Assembly (NCBI GenBank): GCA_028716785.1
Contig: JAQUPD010000004.1
Location: 31,465-95,464 of the forward strand
DNA length: 64,000 nt
Reading direction: 5' to 3'
DNA from: Fidelibacterota bacterium
Lineage (GTDB): Bacteria; Fidelibacterota; Fidelibacteria; Fidelibacterales; Fidelibacteraceae
Position numbers and translations under genes: made by a program
Notes under the pieces: generated by a model
Databases searched by the model: none
Told to the model about the DNA's origin: nothing
Seen by the model: the letters and a program-made list of their open reading frames with translations, nothing else
Part shown: in pieces, positions 60,914-64,000 of the stretch
Layout: each line of letters starts with the position of its first letter
How positions within the stretch are numbered: position 1 is the first letter of the stretch

Positions 60914-62052
60914 AGGGAGACTTTCCAGTGCTTTAAGGTTTCTCCCCAACTATCGCCTCCATATTTTAAAAGAAAGGCATCTAACAAGGGAATAGCTGTC
61001 ACATTTTCAGCGACGACAGATGCTGCTGGTACTGCACAGCTATCGGTTCGTTCTTTGTGGGCAACGGTTTCTTTCCCGGTTTGTAAATCCACGCTGGATA
61101 AGGGTTTTGTTAAGGTAGGTATGGGTTTCATAACTGCAGAAAAAAGAAGGTCGCAGCCGTTGCTCATGCCGCCTTCAATGCCGCCACAGTTGTTGGAAGT
61201 ACGGGAGATTTTTCCTTCTTTGATGGTAAAAGGATCATGGACCCGACTCCCCGGAAGATTTGCAACGTCAAATCCAAGTCCAAACGCAATGCCTCGGATA
61301 GCAGGAATTCCCAAAATGTGAGAAGAAATCATAGATGTTAATCTTTCATTCCACTGGGTATGGCTTCCCAATCCAATGGGTAAATGCTGAACAGCCACTT
61401 TGAAAATTCCTCCCAGCGAATCGCCCTCTTTTTGTGCTTTTGAAATGGCATCTATCATGCGTTGAGAGGTGAATAAATCTGGACAGCGAACGGGAGATGT
61501 ATCAGCCTGTTGCCATGATGATACAGGAGGAATATCATTTTCAGAAATGGATACAGTACCTATCTGGGTAACGATGGATGAAAAAGAGATACCAATATCC
61601 TCAAAAAATTGTCGACACACCGACCCCACAATGATCCGCGCAGCGGTTTCCCGTGCACTTGCTCGTTCTAAAATATTTCGCAGGTCATCCGTTTGATATT
61701 TTATCATGCCTGCATAATCAGCATGTCCTGGTCGAGGGATAGATATTTTTTTAGAGGTCTTAGCGTGAAGGGGGTCCATTATTTCTTTCCAATTTTCAAA
61801 ATCCCGATTTCGAATGATAAAGGCAAGGGGACTCCCAAGAGTAATGCTATTTCTCAAACCAGAAAGAACCTCCACTTGGTCTGTTTCAATCTTCATCCTG
61901 TCGCCGCGTCCAAAACCAGATTGACGGCGTTTTAATTGATGGTTAATATCATCTACTTTTACATGGAATCCTGCAGGAAGTCCATGGATAATTACACTCA
62001 GGGCAGGTCCATGACTTTCACCTGCGGTGATAAACTGTAAACGTTTCATCAT
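60910..62052 (-). CDS. aroC: Chorismate synthase
   Basis: 380 aa with TAGESHGPAL and RPGHADY motifs. Confidence 0.9.
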   Translation of the reverse strand: MMKRLQFITAGESHGPALSVIIHGLPAGFHVKVDDINHQLKRRQSGFGRGDRMKIETDQVEVLSGLRNSITLGSPLAFIIRNRDFENWKEIMDPLHAKTSKKISIPRPGHADYAGMIKYQTDDLRNILERASARETAARIIVGSVCRQFFEDIGISFSSIVTQIGTVSISENDIPPVSSWQQADTSPVRCPDLFTSQRMIDAISKAQKEGDSLGGIFKVAVQHLPIGLGSHTQWNERLTSMISSHILGIPAIRGIAFGLGFDVANLPGSRVHDPFTIKEGKISRTSNNCGGIEGGMSNGCDLLFSAVMKPIPTLTKPLSSVDLQTGKETVAHKERTDSCAVPAASVVAENVTAIPLLDAFLLKYGGDSWGETLKHWKVSL

Positions 62053-62873
62053 CGTTCTTCCAATTTTTCTATTAATTTGTTATGAATTTTCATGCGATTT
62101 ATTCCCTTGCCAAAGTTTGCATCTTTACGCCAAATTCTTTGACTGTCAATAGCCTGTTCAATAAGAAGTCCAAGACCATCGTGTGTTTCAATACCATACG
62201 TTTGAAAATAGCGTTGAAAATAAGTTGGAAGGGGAGCATAATTTAAATCAAGAAAGGAATCGCTCTTTGTGGGATTTATTTTAAAAGCATGGGGGATTTC
62301 TGGATAAGTCACTGAACCAACAGGTGTGGCATTGATCCAAAGGGTTGGTGACACAAGAGAGTCTTTTTGGGGATGATACCTTGAAACGTTAAACTGTTGA
62401 CAAAATTCCTGAATTTTTTCAAGGGATCTTCCAGTCACAGCAATTTTTTGAACCCCCAAAGCTTTAAGGGCGTAGACCACAGCTGGGGCAACGCCACCAT
62501 AACCAAAAAGAACAAATTGTTGGTAGGATGCGAGAGGAAAATTGGTGAGAACGCGAATCAATCCAGATAAATCGGTATTCGAGGCTTGAATTTCCTCCTT
62601 GGTAAAACAGAGTGTATTGGCGGAGCCACATTTTTTTACCTCATCGCTAAGAGACGTTACATACGGGAAGACACTTTTTTTATAAGGTGTTGTGACATTT
62701 ACACCTGTGTAACCTTCTGTTTGAAGTTTTTTGAGTGTTGTGTAAAGTTCTTGAGGAGGAATATCAAAGCGCGAATACTCAACGGGTGAAAGATTGGCTT
62801 CCTTACAAATTAGCTCATGAAGCACAGGACTAATGGTATAGGCAATATGATGTCCAAGAATTCCGAGTTTCAT
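62049..62873 (-). CDS. aroE: Shikimate dehydrogenase
   Basis: 274 aa with an N-terminal LGHHIAYTISP-type motif, VTTPYK and a GYGGVAPAV Rossmann motif. ATGA overlap with aroC. Confidence 0.85.
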   Translation of the reverse strand: MKLGILGHHIAYTISPVLHELICKEANLSPVEYSRFDIPPQELYTTLKKLQTEGYTGVNVTTPYKKSVFPYVTSLSDEVKKCGSANTLCFTKEEIQASNTDLSGLIRVLTNFPLASYQQFVLFGYGGVAPAVVYALKALGVQKIAVTGRSLEKIQEFCQQFNVSRYHPQKDSLVSPTLWINATPVGSVTYPEIPHAFKINPTKSDSFLDLNYAPLPTYFQRYFQTYGIETHDGLGLLIEQAIDSQRIWRKDANFGKGINRMKIHNKLIEKLEER

Positions 62874-62876
62874 GGG

Positions 62877-64000
62877 TCAATATCGAATTTTTTCAAGAGT
62901 CTCGAAGAAATCCGGGTAACTGATATCCACAACTGAATAATCTTCGATGTATACTGGTTCAGAAGCAATCAATCCTGCAATTACCATGGTCATAGCAATT
63001 CGATGGTCCATAAAAGCATTGACTTTGCCGCCTTTGAGAGGTGTAGGTCCATGAATTGTCATGCCATCTTGGTGTTCTTCAATTGAGGCGCCTAGTGTTT
63101 TAAGACACGTTACTGTTGTTGCAATACGATCGCTTTCTTTAACGCGAAGTTCTTGGGCGCCACGAATGTGGGTTGTCCCGTGGGCTTGAGTGGCAACGAG
63201 GGCTAAAATTGGAATCTCATCAATGAGCCCTGGAATTGTATTTGAAGAAATTGAAAAGCCTTGGAGTGAGGAGCTTTTTACCAGAAGATCCCCAAAGGGT
63301 TCATAATTATTTTGTTCATTGGACACGTTAATAGTAGCCCCTGCCTTATTTAAAAGCTGAAGATATGCAATGCGTGTTGGGTTTAAGCTCACATTTTGTA
63401 AAACAAGATGACTGTCTGGTAAAAGTAAAGCGGCTGCAACCCAAAAAGCTGCAGAAGAAGGATCGGCAGGCACACTGTATTCAAAACCCGGGATTGGCCG
63501 TTTAAGTGTATGAACAGTCCATGTGTTTTTTTTCTTAAAAATGGGGATTCCCACCATTTTCATCATACGTTCTGTATGATCCCGACACGGAACAGGTTCT
63601 GTTACATGCGTTTTCCCATCAGCTAAAAGTCCAGCAAAAAGAATAGCCGACTTAACCTGCGCACTTGCAACGGGTAAGGTATAGTGAATTCCTTTAAGTT
63701 TTGAAGGATAAATAGTTAAAGGGAGATGGTTATCGGTACTTTTAATGATCGCATTCATTTGAGTAAGAGGTTCAATGATTCGTTCCATCGGTCGACGCGA
63801 AAGAGATTCATCGCCATATAAAATGGAAGAGAACGTTTGACCTGCTAGTAGACCTGAAAGAAGACGAATCGTTGTTCCAGAATTTCCGCAGTTAAACATT
63901 GTTTTATCTTCAGCATGCCAGTCAAAAAGGCCAGGACTATTAACATTAACCGTATAGCGACCAAGCTGAAAATGAACACCAACTTTTTGAAGACAAGCAA
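62877..64000 (-). CDS. aroA: 3-phosphoshikimate 1-carboxyvinyltransferase (EPSP synthase), 5' end beyond the window
   Basis: The frame stays open upstream of the track's ATG (63899) to base 64000 (...CLQKVGVHFQLGRYTVNVNSPGLFDWHAEDKTMFNCGNSGTTIRLLSG). The GNSGTT.R motif normally sits about 90 aa into AroA. DHRIAM lies near the C-terminus. Confidence 0.9.
   Translation of the reverse strand, partial: ACLQKVGVHFQLGRYTVNVNSPGLFDWHAEDKTMFNCGNSGTTIRLLSGLLAGQTFSSILYGDESLSRRPMERIIEPLTQMNAIIKSTDNHLPLTIYPSKLKGIHYTLPVASAQVKSAILFAGLLADGKTHVTEPVPCRDHTERMMKMVGIPIFKKKNTWTVHTLKRPIPGFEYSVPADPSSAAFWVAAALLLPDSHLVLQNVSLNPTRIAYLQLLNKAGATINVSNEQNNYEPFGDLLVKSSSLQGFSISSNTIPGLIDEIPILALVATQAHGTTHIRGAQELRVKESDRIATTVTCLKTLGASIEEHQDGMTIHGPTPLKGGKVNAFMDHRIAMTMVIAGLIASEPVYIEDYSVVDISYPDFFETLEKIRY

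Noticed and set aside
60575-61321. 248-aa + strand ORF
   Set aside because: It is antisense to aroK and aroC, both of which carry clear catalytic motifs. The peptide is low-complexity (S/F/K-rich) with no motif, so it is a shadow ORF.
1-64000. CRISPR arrays, rRNA genes, tmRNA, SRP RNA, riboswitches
   Set aside because: I saw no regularly spaced repeats of 25-40 bp. I also saw no rRNA-like conserved blocks and no tmRNA tag or T-arm signature outside tRNA-Val. No riboswitch core I can recognise by eye appears in the long leaders. An Infernal/Rfam scan would be needed to exclude these properly.

Overview
AT-rich bacterial chromosomal segment. I saw no rRNA, CRISPR array, prophage genes or intact IS element. 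I call about 60 protein genes, one tRNA-Val(UAC) and the RNase P RNA. Most genes are tightly packed housekeeping genes. These include folC-murI-amidase, coaE-adk, tpx, lgt, recJ-fabH, pgpH-ybeY-corC-mazG, and a shikimate operon aroA-aroE-aroC-aroK-aroB-aroQ that runs off the right edge. The many signal-peptide or beta-barrel-like proteins, a triple LTD-domain protein with a FlgD/T9SS-like C-terminal domain and an Omp85-like protein point to a diderm, possibly an uncultivated FCB-like or Cloacimonadota-like lineage. That lineage call is a guess from gene content only.

Items worth a second look:
1. A compact ECF sigma / HEAT anti-sigma / GGDI-repeat beta-helix / Omp85-like operon (36.2-40.5 kb). 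It sits divergent from an hsp20 gene that carries a sigma-54-type promoter and an upstream array of TGTCA palindromes.
2. A roughly 165-bp noncoding element present twice (6.08-6.24 kb and 23.23-23.40 kb). Each copy lies upstream of, and co-oriented with, a gene.
3. Three TTATNCACA DnaA-box 9-mers in the AT-rich divergent intergenic region at 19.76-19.89 kb.
4. A citD-citE fusion, citF, a variant HD protein and an isocitrate/isopropylmalate-type dehydrogenase in one operon, with no citC/citX/citG in the window.
5. Several decayed genes: a histidine-kinase remnant, a multi-frameshift ORF, a tandem RRM-protein paralog and a frameshifted formimino-THF cyclodeaminase. There is also a 1.5-kb ORF-poor tract (22.0-23.5 kb).

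All family assignments come from motif recognition by eye. No database search was run.
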